From an uncultured Actinomycetes bacterium (GTDB taxonomy: Bacteria > Actinomycetota > Thermoleophilia > Gaiellales > Gaiellaceae): a stretch of 64,000 nt of DNA. The notes under the pieces were generated by a model that saw only the letters and a program-made list of their open reading frames with translations, did not search any database and was not told the DNA's origin. Shown one piece after another: positions 1-9,735 of this stretch. How positions within the stretch are numbered: the stretch's first letter is position 1; each line of letters begins with the position of its first letter. The stretch spans positions 352,745 to 416,744 of the forward strand of contig CAVUNV010000008.1 of NCBI GenBank assembly GCA_963742925.1. Reading direction: 5' to 3'. The position numbers and the translations under genes are program-made.

Positions 1-1008
1 CCAGGCGAGCGGGTAGATCGCGTCCTCGGGCAGGTTCGCGCTCAGGCCGATCAGGTCGATCGTCGCCCGGCGCAGATAGTCCGTGCCGTACGAGGCGACC
101 GCCTCGGTGTTCATCAACCAGCCGTCCCTGAGCAGGCCGATCTGCTTCCGCCGCTCGAACACGCGGATGCGGGCCTCGAGCACGGCGCGGTCGAGCGCGT
201 CGCGAACGACGGTCGGAGCGGCGAACAGATCGAAGCTCTCCCCGCGGGTGAGCCCGATCCGCTCCATCCGGTGCAGCACCGGGTAGTCGTCGAAGTGCGG
301 CGGGTGGAGCTTCATCAGCTCTGCCGCGTAGGCGAAGAAGGTCGCAGTGCTCATCTGCTCGACCTGGGCCTGCGGCGGTGTGTCGCCGTCGACGGATGCA
401 TCGTGCTCGCCCCGGGCGGGCACCGGCTTCTTTCCCCAGCGTGAGAGTGGGACGATCGAGAGCCGGCCCTGGAAGCGGTGGACGTTGGCGTAGTCGGCCG
501 GGCCGTCGCACTGCGTGCGCCCGATCACCCAGACGTACGGCGTCGAGCTCTCGATCCGCCGGGCTCCGGCCGGGAGCTCCCCCTCCCATCCGTGCGGGAC
601 CACGGCGAAGTGGCCCGGGCCGTTTCCGGTCGTGCGCGTCCCCGGCGACGCGAAGATGTCCGACCACATGTCGTACATCGGCAGCAGGTAGTAGTGGTCA
701 CCGGCGTCGCCGGCGGAGACGATCTGCGGCTCCCGGGTGAGGTCGAGCCAGGCGAGCGAGTAGAGCGTGTCGACGTTCGGCCGGATGACGTCGCTGAAGC
801 CCGCCGGGAGGAACGTGCGCGCGTGCGCGAACGCGTTCGTGGGGCCGCGGCCGGCCACCTCGCCGACGGTCTCGACGTTCGTCATGACCCGGCGGGTGAC
901 GTCCATCAGCACGAGCGGGTACAGGTAGATGTACGCCTCGGTGCCGATCTCGTAGGCCGTCTCCGGGTCCGCCACCACCCGCGGACCGACACGAGTCGGC
1001 GCCGGCAT
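1..1008 (-). CDS. DUF1254/DUF1214 two-domain protein (3' end runs off the left edge)
   Basis: Hand translation of the reverse strand from ATG 1008-1006 is open to position 1: MPAPTRVGPRVVADPETAYEIGTEAYIYLYPLVLMD...DLIGLSANLPEDAIYPLAW. YIYLYPL and LPEDAIYP are motifs I associate with DUF1254 and DUF1214. It is absent from the ORF track because no stop lies in the window. The ATG abuts the TAG (1011-1009) of the upstream receiver gene. Confidence 0.75.
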   Translation of the reverse strand, partial: MPAPTRVGPRVVADPETAYEIGTEAYIYLYPLVLMDVTRRVMTNVETVGEVAGRGPTNAFAHARTFLPAGFSDVIRPNVDTLYSLAWLDLTREPQIVSAGDAGDHYYLLPMYDMWSDIFASPGTRTTGNGPGHFAVVPHGWEGELPAGARRIESSTPYVWVIGRTQCDGPADYANVHRFQGRLSIVPLSRWGKKPVPARGEHDASVDGDTPPQAQVEQMSTATFFAYAAELMKLHPPHFDDYPVLHRMERIGLTRGESFDLFAAPTVVRDALDRAVLEARIRVFERRKQIGLLRDGWLMNTEAVASYGTDYLRRATIDLIGLSANLPEDAIYPLAW

Positions 1009-1422
1009 CTAGCCCGACCCGTGGTTGAGCGGCACTTCGGTCGCCCACAGGGCTTCAAGGGTGCGCGGCCGCAATTCGTGCTTCTCGAGGATCGTGACGG
1101 TCGTCCCGAGCAGGGCCTCCCCCGCCTCGTCGATCCCGCCGGCGGTCAGCAGGACGATCATCGTGGCGGGATGGTCGGCGGCGATCAGGCCTGCGGCCGC
1201 GACTCCGTCCAGCCCGGGCATGCGGACGTCCATGAGCACGAGATCAGGTGCGAGCGACCGGGCGACGACGATCGCCTCCTCGCCGGACGCGGCCTCCCCG
1301 ACCAGCCGGAACCCGCGCGTGGCGCGAACGACGTTCGCGGCCGCCTGCCGAAACGGGGTGCTGTCGTCGACGACCAGGACCGTCACCACATCGTTTCCAG
1401 GTCGATCGCTCTCGACGCTCAC
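1009..1422 (-). CDS. Stand-alone response regulator receiver domain (CheY-like)
   Basis: C-terminal 137 aa of ORF 1009..1857, starting at GTG 1422-1420: VSVESDRPGNDVVTVLVVDDSTPFR...APDLVLMDVRMPGLDG...IVLLTA. This is the receiver acidic-pocket pattern with no output domain. The upstream part of the tracked ORF is Arg/Ser-rich shadow sequence. Confidence 0.8.
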   Translation of the reverse strand: MSVESDRPGNDVVTVLVVDDSTPFRQAAANVVRATRGFRLVGEAASGEEAIVVARSLAPDLVLMDVRMPGLDGVAAAGLIAADHPATMIVLLTAGGIDEAGEALLGTTVTILEKHELRPRTLEALWATEVPLNHGSG

Positions 1423-1546
1423 GATAGGGCTGATGATCCCAGCCGCCGCCGCCGCGTCATCACCCCGAGAAGGTGATTCTGCCCTCTGTCGGGCTCGCTG
1501 CGGAGGTGAGGCTTGATACGTTCTCTGTGGAGAGCAGCTTCGGCCG

Positions 1547-2387
1547 ATGGTGCGGCACATCCGCCGGGTCTGGCCAAATCCGAAGCGACGAGATCGAGTA
1601 GAAGAAGACATGGACGCTGACTCCCGCAACGGCGGACCGCAGCCACTGCAGTCCGCCGCGGTCCCGGCCGCACAGGAACTCGAGGACGCGGCGCGCCGCG
1701 ATCTCATCGCGCGGGCGCGCCGGGACGAGCGGCGCCGGATCGCGCGGGATCTCCACGACGGCGCGCAGCAGCAGCTGCTCGCGGTCGCGATCGAGCTGAG
1801 CCTCGAGGCCGAGCGCGCCGAGGACGGGAACACCGGGCTGCACGACCGCCTGATCACGGCTCGAGACCAGGTGGATCAGGCGCTCCAGGCGATCCGCGAG
1901 CTCGCGGAGGGCGTGTACCCGTCGCTGCTGGCCACGTGCGGGCTCGAAGAGGCGCTCAGCGCAGCGACGACCCGGCTTTCGCTGCCGGTTCTCGTCCGCT
2001 GCCGCGCGGGTCGCTACACGCCGCGGTACTCGCCGGAGATCGAGAAAGCCGTCTACTTCAGCTGCCTCGAAGGCGTTCAGAACGCGGTCAAGCACGCGCG
2101 CTGCAAGCGCGTCACGATCGACCTCAGCGAGCGTCACGGCCTGCTCTGCTTCCACGTCCACGACGACGGCCGCGGCTTCGACCCGACCGAGCCCACGACC
2201 GGGACCGGGCTCGCGAGCATCGCCGACCGACTCGCGGCCGTGGGCGGCCGGAGCGAGGTCCACTCGGGGCCCGGACGGGGAACGACCGTGTCGGGGACGA
2301 TTCCGCTCGAGGATCAGCCGTTGCGCCCAGCGTCGCGGGTGGGCGATCGGGCGGTACCGGAAGGAGCCGAAGGCTGCGCTAGCCTAG
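1547..2387 (+). CDS. Sensor-less histidine kinase (HisKA_3 + HATPase_c), 3' end uncertain
   Basis: H-box RRRIARDLHDGAQQQL, N-box VYFSCLEGVQNAVKHA, G1 HVHDDGRGF, G2 GTGLASIADRL. Only about 45-65 aa precede the H-box and there is no TM segment. The in-frame ORF has no stop until 3223. TAG codons at 2380 and 2385 sit in the other two frames, so I place the end near 2387 assuming an indel like those seen elsewhere. Confidence 0.65.
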
Positions 2388-3055
2388 TGCGCCGGCTCGT
2401 CCGTCAGGAACAGCAGCGTCGCCAGCACGCGCCGGCTGACGTCGGCCTCGTCGGGCATCTCGAGCTTCGCGAAGATCGAGTTGATGTGCTTCTCGACCGC
2501 GCGCTTGGTCAGGAAGAGGGATGCGGCGACCGCGGCGTTCGACTTCCCCTGCGCGACCTCGGACAGGACCTCGCGCTCGCGCGGCGTCAGCGTCCGGAGC
2601 GGCGACCGCTCGGCGCGGGTGCGCTCCGCCACGAGCGTCTCGACCACGTGGGGATCGACCCTCGAGCCGCCGCCGGCGACGTCCCTGATCGCGCCGACCA
2701 GCTCCGTACGGTGGCTGACGCGCTCCTTCAGCAGGTAGGCCCGGCGGGCTGCGCCCCGGTCGAACAGCCTCACCGCATAGGACGGGTCCGTGAACTGGCT
2801 GAGGACGACCACGCCGACCTCGGGGTGCGTATCGCGCAGCTCCTCGGCCGCGCGGACGCCCTCGTCGGTATGGGTCGGCGGCATGCGAATGTCGGTGAGG
2901 ACGACGCCCGGGCTCTCCTGCTCGACGGCGCTCATCAGCCCGTGGTAGTCGTCGACCGCCGCGACCACCTCGACGTCCTCTTCGCCTGCGAGCACGTCCC
3001 GAATCCCCTCGCGGACGAGGAAGTTGTCCTCGGCGATGACGACACGGATCGCCAC
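2384..3055 (-). CDS. NarL/LuxR-family response regulator
   Basis: ORF 2384..3055. The receiver is IRVVIAEDNFLVREG...VVLTDIRMPP. The C-terminal LuxR HTH is LTPREREVLSEVAQGKSNAAVAASLFLTKRAVEKHINSIFAKL. Confidence 0.9.
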   Translation of the reverse strand: MAIRVVIAEDNFLVREGIRDVLAGEEDVEVVAAVDDYHGLMSAVEQESPGVVLTDIRMPPTHTDEGVRAAEELRDTHPEVGVVVLSQFTDPSYAVRLFDRGAARRAYLLKERVSHRTELVGAIRDVAGGGSRVDPHVVETLVAERTRAERSPLRTLTPREREVLSEVAQGKSNAAVAASLFLTKRAVEKHINSIFAKLEMPDEADVSRRVLATLLFLTDEPAH

Positions 3056-3157
3056 CCGGCCAAGCGTACCGTTCTGCCTACGGCCGGAGTAGAAGCCCGG
3101 CGGGCCTGCGCACCCGCGAGTTCACCCCGATCGGACGATTCGCGCGATGTAGCGTGC

Positions 3158-3179
3158 GCTGACAATCGGCTGACAATCG
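3158..3179 (+). promoter_or_regulatory. Perfect 11-bp tandem direct repeat (GCTGACAATCG x2) upstream of the sulfatase gene
   Basis: GCTGACAATCG at 3158-3168 and again at 3169-3179. It lies 41 nt before ATG 3220, in the divergent region shared with the NarL-type regulator (start 3055). One helical-turn spacing is typical of response-regulator direct-repeat sites. Confidence 0.4.
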
Positions 3180-3219
3180 AGATGGCAGCGCCCAGACGCA
3201 TGAGGAGGCGGAGAGCTTC

Positions 3220-5579
3220 ATGACCAGACCATTCAAGGGCACCGTCAACGTCGACATCAGGGACTCCGAGCCCGACTGGGAGCCGTTCGAGCCGCCGAAG
3301 GCGCCGGACGGCGCGCCGAGCGTCGTCTACATCGTGCTCGACGACGTCGGCTTCTCGGCGATGAGCTGCTACGGCGGGCCGATCCCGACGCCGAACATCG
3401 ACAAGATCGCGGCCGACGGCGTGCGCTACACGCAGTGGCACACGACCGCGCTCTGCTCCCCCACCCGCTCCTGCCTGCTCACCGGGCGCAACCACACCCG
3501 CAACAGCATGGCCTGCATCACCGAGGCGGCGATCGGCTTCCCGAACGCGAGCGGCACGATCCCGCCCGAGAACGGGATGCTGTCGGAGATCCTCGGCGAG
3601 CTGCGGCTGGAACACCTACATGGTCGGCAAGTGGCACCTCTGCCCCGAGGACGAGATGAACCTCGCCTCGACGCGGCGCAACTGGCCGAGCGGCCGCGGC
3701 TTCGAGCGCTGGTACGGGTTCCTCGGCGCCGAGACGAGCCAGTGGTTCCCCGACCTCGTCTACGACAACCACCTCGTCGACCAGCCGAAGTCGCCCGAGG
3801 AGGGCTACCACCTGACCGTCGACCTGACCGACAAGGCGATCGAGTTCATCATGGACGCGAAGGCGGTCGCGCCCGAGAAGCCGTTCTTCCTCTACTACGC
3901 GCCCGGCGCCTGCCACGCGCCGCACCACGCCCCGAAGGAGTGGATCGACAAGTTCAAGGGCCAGTTCGACATGGGCTACGAGGCGATGCGCGAGCAGACG
4001 CTCGCCCGCCAGAAGGAGCTCGGCATCGTCCCGAAGGACACCGAGCTGCCGCCGATCAACCCGATCGGGACGCCCGAGCGCACCGGGCCCGGACGGCAAG
4101 CCGTTCCCGACGCTCGACGTCACGCGCCCGTGGGACTCGCTCTCGGACGACGAGAAGAAGCTGTTCTGCCGCATGGCCGAGGTCTACGCCGGGTTCCTCG
4201 CGACACGCCGACGACCAGATCGGGCGCCTGCTCGGCTTCCTCGAGGAGTACGGCTGGCGCGAGAACACGCTCGTGATCCTCGTCTCCGACAACGGCGCCT
4301 CCGGCGAGGGCGGCCCGAACGGCTCCGTCAACGAGATGAAGTTCATGCACGGCATCCCCGACAACGTCGAGGACAACCTGCCGCTGCTCGACGACCTCGG
4401 CAGCCCGAAGACGTACAACCACTACCCGAACGGCTGGGCGATGGCGTTCAACACGCCGTTCAAGATGTGGAAGCGCTACGAGTTCAACGGCGGCACGAGC
4501 GACCCGTGCATCGTCTCCTGGCCCGCCGGGATGAAGTCGAAGGGCGAGATCCGCGAGCAGTACCACCACGCGATCGACCTCGTCCCGACCGTCCTCGACG
4601 CGCTCGGCGTCGAGGCCCCCGCAGGCGATCAAGGGCCACGTCCAGAGCCCCTTCGACGGCGTCAGCATGCGCTCGAGCTTCGACGACGCCAAGGCGCCGT
4701 CGACGAGGACGACGCAGTTCTACTCGATGCTCGGCTCACGGGCGATCTGGCACGACGGCTGGAAGGCGGTCACGAACCACCCGACGATCGCCGGCTGGAG
4801 CCACTTCAACGACGACGAGTGGGAGCTGTACCACACCGACGTCGACCGCTCCGAGCTGCACAACCTCGCCAAGGAGAACCCGGACAAGGTCCGCGAGCTC
4901 CAGAACCTCTGGTACGCGGAGGCGGGCGCCAACGGGGCGTTCCCGCTCGACGACCGCTCGGCCGCTCGAGATCCTGCTCACGCCGCGGCCGGTGCTCTCG
5001 CCGCCGCGCGACCGCTACGTCTACTTCCCGGACACGGCCGAGGTGCCCGAGTCGCAGGCGGTGAACGTCCGCAACCGCTCGTACGCGATCGGCGCGCTCG
5101 TCGACATCCCGGCCCCGGGCGCCGAGGGCGTGCTCTTCGCGCACGGCTCGCCGTTCGGCGGCCACGCCCTCTACGTCAAGGACAACCGGCTGCACTACGT
5201 CTACAACTTCGTCGGCATGTTCGAGCAGAAGATCGTCGCGACCGAGGACCTGCCCACCGGCGAGAACCTGATCCTGTCGGCGTCGTTCGACAAGGCCGGC
5301 GAGGACCCGCCCGGCGTCGCCAACGGGACGCTCTCGCTCTGGCACGGCGACAAGAAGGTCGGCGAGGCGCAGATCAAGACGCAGCCCGGCAAGTTCATGA
5401 TCGCCGGCGAGGGGCTCTGCATCGGCCGCGACGGCGGCGCCGGCGTCACCGACGACTACCCGGGGACGGAGCCCTTCCGCTTCACCGGCGGCACGATCCG
5501 GCGGGTCGCCGTCGACGTCAGCGGCGAGCCGTACCTCGACCTCGAGCGCGAGGCCCAGGCGATGCTGATGCGGGAGTAA
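3220..5579 (+). pseudogene. Cys-type arylsulfatase (AtsA-like, ~785 aa), interrupted by five +1 frameshifts as assembled
   Basis: Sulfatase motifs SVVYIVLDDVGFS and the formylglycine site LCSPTRSCLLTGRNH. The protein continues across frames: ...SEILGE|(R)GWNTYMVGKWHL...PINPIGTPERTGP|DGKPFPTLDVTRPW...AEVYAGFLA|HADDQIGRLLGFLEE...LGVEAP|QAIKGHVQSPFDG...FPLDDRS|ALEILLTPRPV...AQAMLMRE. Breaks are at about 3602, 4089, 4203, 4621 and 4962. Confidence 0.85.
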
Positions 5580-5648
5580 GAGAGCCCGGCTGAATCACCG
5601 CGTTCATCACCCGTTCGGACGATTCCCGCCGCCGCTTGCGAGCCACGC

Positions 5649-7004
5649 ATGAGACGCGCCCCGGCGTTGAAGAACGAGGACGCCGTGACGAGCTCTGATC
5701 GTCCACCATCACCGTCGGTCGCGCCTCCCGACCCGTTCGAGCTTCTCCGCAGCCGGAGCTATCTGGTGCTGCTCGTCCTCGGGGCCGTCGTCGGTGTGGT
5801 GGTCGCGTTCGTCGCCTTCTTCTATCTCAAGGGCGTCTCAGAGGCTCAGCAGTACGTCTTTACGACGTTGCCGAAGGAGGTCGGGTTCAGCGGCGAGCCG
5901 GTCTGGTGGCCGCTCCTCTGGCTCCCGCTGGCGGGGCTGCTCGTCGCACTGACGATCCGCTACCTGCCCGGCAGCGCCGGGCACAAGCCGGCCGAGGGAT
6001 TCAAGACCGGTGGCCCCGTGCTTCCGATCGAGCTGCCCGGCATCGTGATCGCATCGCTGGCGACCCTGTGTCTCGGCGTCGTGCTCGGGCCGGAGGCGCC
6101 GCTGATCGCGATCGGCAGCGGCATCGGCGTGCTGGCGGTGCACCTGGTCAAGAAGGACGCGCCCGCGCAGGGCGATCGTCGTGATCGGGGCTGCGGGCAG
6201 CTTCGCCGCGATCAGCACGCTGCTCGGCTCGCCGCTCGTCGGGGCGTTCCTGCTGATGGAGGCGGCCGGGCTCGGCGGCCCGATGCTGGGCGTCGTGCTC
6301 GTGCCGGGCCTGCTCGCCGCCGGCGTCGGCTCGCTCATCTTCGTCGGGCTGGACGACTGGACCGGGTTCGGGACGTTCTCGCTGGCGATCCCGAGCATCC
6401 CGCCCTTCGGCAGCCCCGACGGTGCCGAGTTCCTCTGGGCTGTCGCGATCGGCATCGCCGCCGCCCTGGTCGGCGCAGTCATCCGGCGGGTGGGCCTGTT
6501 CCTCCAGCCGGTCGTCGAGCGCCGAATGGTACGTGCTGACCCCGATGGTCGGCCTGGCGGTCGCCGGGCTGGCGATCGCGTTCGCCGAGGCAACGGGGAG
6601 GAGCTCGTCAGAGGTGCTCTTCTCCGGCCAGAGCCAGCTCCCTCAGCTCATCCAGACCGCCGCCGGCTGGTCGGTCGGGGCGCTCGTGCTGCTCGTCGTC
6701 TGCAAGGGCCTTGCCTACGGTCTCTCGCTCAGCAGCTTCCGAGGCGGCCCCGTCTTTCCCGCCCTCTTCATCGGAGCGGCCGGCGGCATCGCGCTGTCCC
6801 ACGCACCGGGCCTGCCGATGATCGCGGGGTCGGCATGGGCATCGGCGCGATGAGCGTGGCATGCTCGACCTGCCGCTGACCTCCGTCCTCCTCGCCAGCG
6901 TCTTCCTCCAGGCCGACGCAGTCGCCCTGATGCCGCTCATCATCGTCGCCGTCGTCGTCGCCTATGTCACCTCGGCCAGGCTCGCCCCGCCGAAGACGCT
7001 CTAG
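5649..7004 (+). pseudogene. ClC-family voltage-gated chloride channel/antiporter, four frameshifts as assembled
   Basis: ClC motifs GPEAPLIAIGSGIG, GSPLVGAFLLME, GGPVFPALFIGAAGG and AGVGMGIGAMSVAMLDLPLTSVLLASVFL. The reading moves through ORFs 5649.., 6181.., 6422.., back to the 6181 frame and finally to the frame ending at TAG 7002-7004. Breaks are at about 6171 (+1), 6522 (+1), 6828 (-1) and 6858 (-1). Confidence 0.8.
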
Positions 7005-7099
7005 CCCAGCCGCGCCCGCGTCGCCCGCCTGATCGCCACCGCAGCCCGCGCACGTGAGATGCCCGTCTGCATGAAGGACGACTTCGCTACGGTCTTCTG

Positions 7100-8506
7100 A
7101 TGGCGACGAGCGCCGATCCCGGGGCCGGCCCCGTCCTGACGGTGCCGGACGCGCCGGCGGCGTTCCACCTGCTCGCGAAGCCGACCGGCGCCGTCTGCAA
7201 CCTCGACTGCGCCTACTGCTTCTTCCTCTCCAAGGAGATGCTCTATCCGGGCTCGCGGTTCCGGATGGCGGACGAGCTGCTCGAGACCTATGTCCGGCAG
7301 CTGATCGAGGCGCACGCGAGCGTGCCGGAGGTGATGATCGCCTGGCAGGGAGGCGAGCCGACGATGATGGGCGTGGAGTTCTTCCGCCGCTCGGTGGAGC
7401 TCGCGCAACAGCATCTGCTGCCGGGCCAGCGCGCGGCGTACACGATCCAGACGAACGGGACGCTGCTCGACGAGGAATGGGCGGAGTTCTTCAAGGAGAA
7501 CGACTTCCTGGTCGGCATCTCGATCGACGGGCCGCGGGACATGCACGACGCCTACCGCGTCAACAAGGGAGGCGCGGGCTCGTTCGACCAGGTGATGGCC
7601 GGTCTCGACCATCTGAAGGCCGCAGGGGTCGAGTGGAACGCGCTGACGACGATTCACGCCGTGAACGCCGACCACGGCCGCGAGGTGTACTGCTTCCTCC
7701 GCGACGAGTGCGGCGCCGGCTTCGTGCAGTTCATCCCGATCATCGAGCGGGTCGCCGAGGCCGCCGAGGACGGCACCGTGCCGTGGACGTCGTGGCGCGA
7801 CCGGCCCCTGTACGTGCAGGAGGGCGAGGTCGTCACCGGCCGGTCGGTGACCGGCGAGCAGTACGGCCGCTTCCTGATCGACGTGTTCGAGGAATGGGTG
7901 CGCCACGACGTGGGCGAGGTCTACGTGCAGATGTTCGACGTCGCGCTCGCCAACTGGGTCGGCGAGCCGCCCGGCCTCTGCGTCCACTCCGAGACCTGCG
8001 GGCTGGCGCTGGCGCTCGAGCACACGGGCGACCTCTACTCCTGCGACCACTTCGTCGAGCCCGCCTACAAGCTCGGGAACATCAAGCAGACGCACATGCT
8101 CGAGCTCGTCGCCTCACAGCAGCAGCGCCGGTTCGGGCTCGACAAGCGCGAGACGCTCCCCCGCTACTGCCTCGAGTGCGACGTGCGCTTCGCCTGCCAC
8201 GGCGGCTGCCCCAAGGATCGCTTCATCCGGACGCCCGACGGCGAGCCGGGCCTCAACTACCTCTGCGCCGGCTTCAAGGACTTCTTCCACCACGTCGACG
8301 AGCCGATGCGGATCATGGGCGGGCTCCTGCGGGAGAATCGCGCCCCGTCCGAGATCGTCCGTCTCTACGCAGCCGAGGACGCCAGGCGCGGCCGCAACGA
8401 CCCCTGCACCTGCGGCTCGGGCCGCAAGTGGAAGAACTGCCACGGCACCGCGCCGAGGCGGGACGCGCCCTCATCGGGCGCGTCCCGCTCGACGTCTGAT
8501 CGCTGA
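7100..8506 (+). CDS. Anaerobic sulfatase-maturating radical SAM enzyme (anSME, SPASM type) with a C-terminal SEC-C motif
   Basis: ORF 7100..8506 is intact. Radical SAM cluster CNLDCAYCF, GGEPTMMG, and the SPASM Cys clusters CVHSETCG...YSCDHF and CLECDVRFACHGGCPKDR. The tail NDPCTCGSGRKWKNCHG matches the SEC-C metal-binding motif. Confidence 0.88.
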   Translation: MATSADPGAGPVLTVPDAPAAFHLLAKPTGAVCNLDCAYCFFLSKEMLYPGSRFRMADELLETYVRQLIEAHASVPEVMIAWQGGEPTMMGVEFFRRSVELAQQHLLPGQRAAYTIQTNGTLLDEEWAEFFKENDFLVGISIDGPRDMHDAYRVNKGGAGSFDQVMAGLDHLKAAGVEWNALTTIHAVNADHGREVYCFLRDECGAGFVQFIPIIERVAEAAEDGTVPWTSWRDRPLYVQEGEVVTGRSVTGEQYGRFLIDVFEEWVRHDVGEVYVQMFDVALANWVGEPPGLCVHSETCGLALALEHTGDLYSCDHFVEPAYKLGNIKQTHMLELVASQQQRRFGLDKRETLPRYCLECDVRFACHGGCPKDRFIRTPDGEPGLNYLCAGFKDFFHHVDEPMRIMGGLLRENRAPSEIVRLYAAEDARRGRNDPCTCGSGRKWKNCHGTAPRRDAPSSGASRSTSDR

Positions 8507-8512
8507 GCGGAT

Positions 8513-9610
8513 CTACGGTGACTTGGTCGCGACCTGGACGAGGCGGGTTCCCGACACCCCGGCCAGCGTCGGATCACCTTGCCGGTACGCCTTGACGTAG
8601 AACTGCACGTTGTACCCCGACTTGAGCGGGAAGTCGGAGCGCGGCGTGATCGTGTAGACCACGATCCCGTTCGAGTCGGTCTGTGCGTCAGTCGGCGTCG
8701 AGGTCAGGATCGGCGTCGACCGGAAGAAGACGAACGCGCCCTTGACCAGCTTGCCCTTGGTGTCCTTCACCTTGATCGTGACCCGGATCGGCTCGCTCCT
8801 CGAGGTCACCGGGTTCGGCGAGAACTGCACCGTGTCGACGACCAGCCGGTCGCCGGCCACGAGGGAGCTCACCGGCACGGAGCTGCCGTTCCCGCCGCCA
8901 CCGCCGCCACCGCCGCCGCTCGAAGCGACGATCGCGGTCGGATCCGACAGGCCGGGGGTCTGGCCGGCGCTGTTCTTCGCGATGACCTTGACCCTGATCC
9001 TCTTGCCGACGTCACCGGCGGCAACCGTGTAGGTGTTGCCGGTCGCACCGTTGCCCGGACAGGACGAGAGGTTGCTCGTGCAGCTCTGCCACTTGAACGT
9101 GTAGGAGATCGGCTGCGTTCCCTTCCATGACCCCGTCGTTGCGGTCAGCGTCTTGCCGACGACCGCCTGCCCGGAGACCTCGGGCGGCGCCGTCACGCTC
9201 GGGGCATTCGGGTTGGCCGGGACGGCTGCCGTCGCGTTCGCCCGCACGGTCGCCTTACCGTCCGAGTTCGACGCCGTCACATCGAGGCGGATCGTGTGCT
9301 TCGCATCAGCCGACACGACCGTGTACTTCTCCCCGGTGGCATTCGTGATCTTCTGGCAGGACTCGCCGTTGTCGTTGCAGCGGAGCCACTGATAGGCGTA
9401 GCTGATGGGAGCTGTCCCGCTCCATGCACCCTTGCTGCCGTTCAGCACGGTGCCGACCTTGATCGGATACACGTAGCTGATGGACGGCTCCGTCGTGTTC
9501 TTCGGCGCCGCCTGGCTCCGCCCGACAGCGCTCGAAGCGGCGACTCCTACAGCGATCGCGCCGACAAGGACGAGCGCGAGATACAGGATCGTTCTGGGCT
9601 TGCGATGCAT
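8513..9610 (-). CDS. Secreted protein with two Ig-like repeat modules, a poly-Gly linker and a C-terminal beta domain
   Basis: Signal peptide MHRKPRTILYLALVLVGAIAVGVAASSAVG. Two modules carry G(A/S)W(S/K)GT(A/Q)PISY.(Y/F).W..C...SC. There is a G11 linker. RBS AAGGAGG lies upstream of the ATG. Confidence 0.8.
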   Translation of the reverse strand: MHRKPRTILYLALVLVGAIAVGVAASSAVGRSQAAPKNTTEPSISYVYPIKVGTVLNGSKGAWSGTAPISYAYQWLRCNDNGESCQKITNATGEKYTVVSADAKHTIRLDVTASNSDGKATVRANATAAVPANPNAPSVTAPPEVSGQAVVGKTLTATTGSWKGTQPISYTFKWQSCTSNLSSCPGNGATGNTYTVAAGDVGKRIRVKVIAKNSAGQTPGLSDPTAIVASSGGGGGGGGGNGSSVPVSSLVAGDRLVVDTVQFSPNPVTSRSEPIRVTIKVKDTKGKLVKGAFVFFRSTPILTSTPTDAQTDSNGIVVYTITPRSDFPLKSGYNVQFYVKAYRQGDPTLAGVSGTRLVQVATKSP

Positions 9611-9735
9611 TCTTCTCTACCTCCTTGGAAGCCGGGTGGCTCGGGTGCGCGGCGGCACACCTCTCCCCCCAACGGCTTTACCCCGAAAGCCTCGCAAATA
9701 TGCGCCGACGCCGCATCACCCCGATCGAACGAAAC

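Noticed and set aside
478-1476. 332-aa forward ORF (and 378..740, 698..1048) overlapping the DUF1254/1214 and receiver genes
   Set aside because: Arg/Pro/Gly/Asp-rich low-complexity translation with no motif. It lies antisense or out of frame to a reverse-strand reading that gives clean conserved sequence. This is a typical shadow ORF of 70% GC DNA.
2388-3223. C-terminal 280 aa of tracked ORF 1547..3223 (extension of the histidine kinase)
   Set aside because: It is antisense to a well-supported NarL-type regulator gene, is Arg/Asp/Gly-rich and has no domain signature. It most likely results from a missed stop after an indel near 2300-2385.
8886-8918. GCC/ACC trinucleotide-rich tract (and similar tracts at about 51190-51215) as a possible contingency microsatellite
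   Set aside because: It lies in frame inside coding sequence and simply encodes poly-Gly linkers (G11 and G8). It is imperfect at the DNA level, so it is not a slippage-prone pure repeat.
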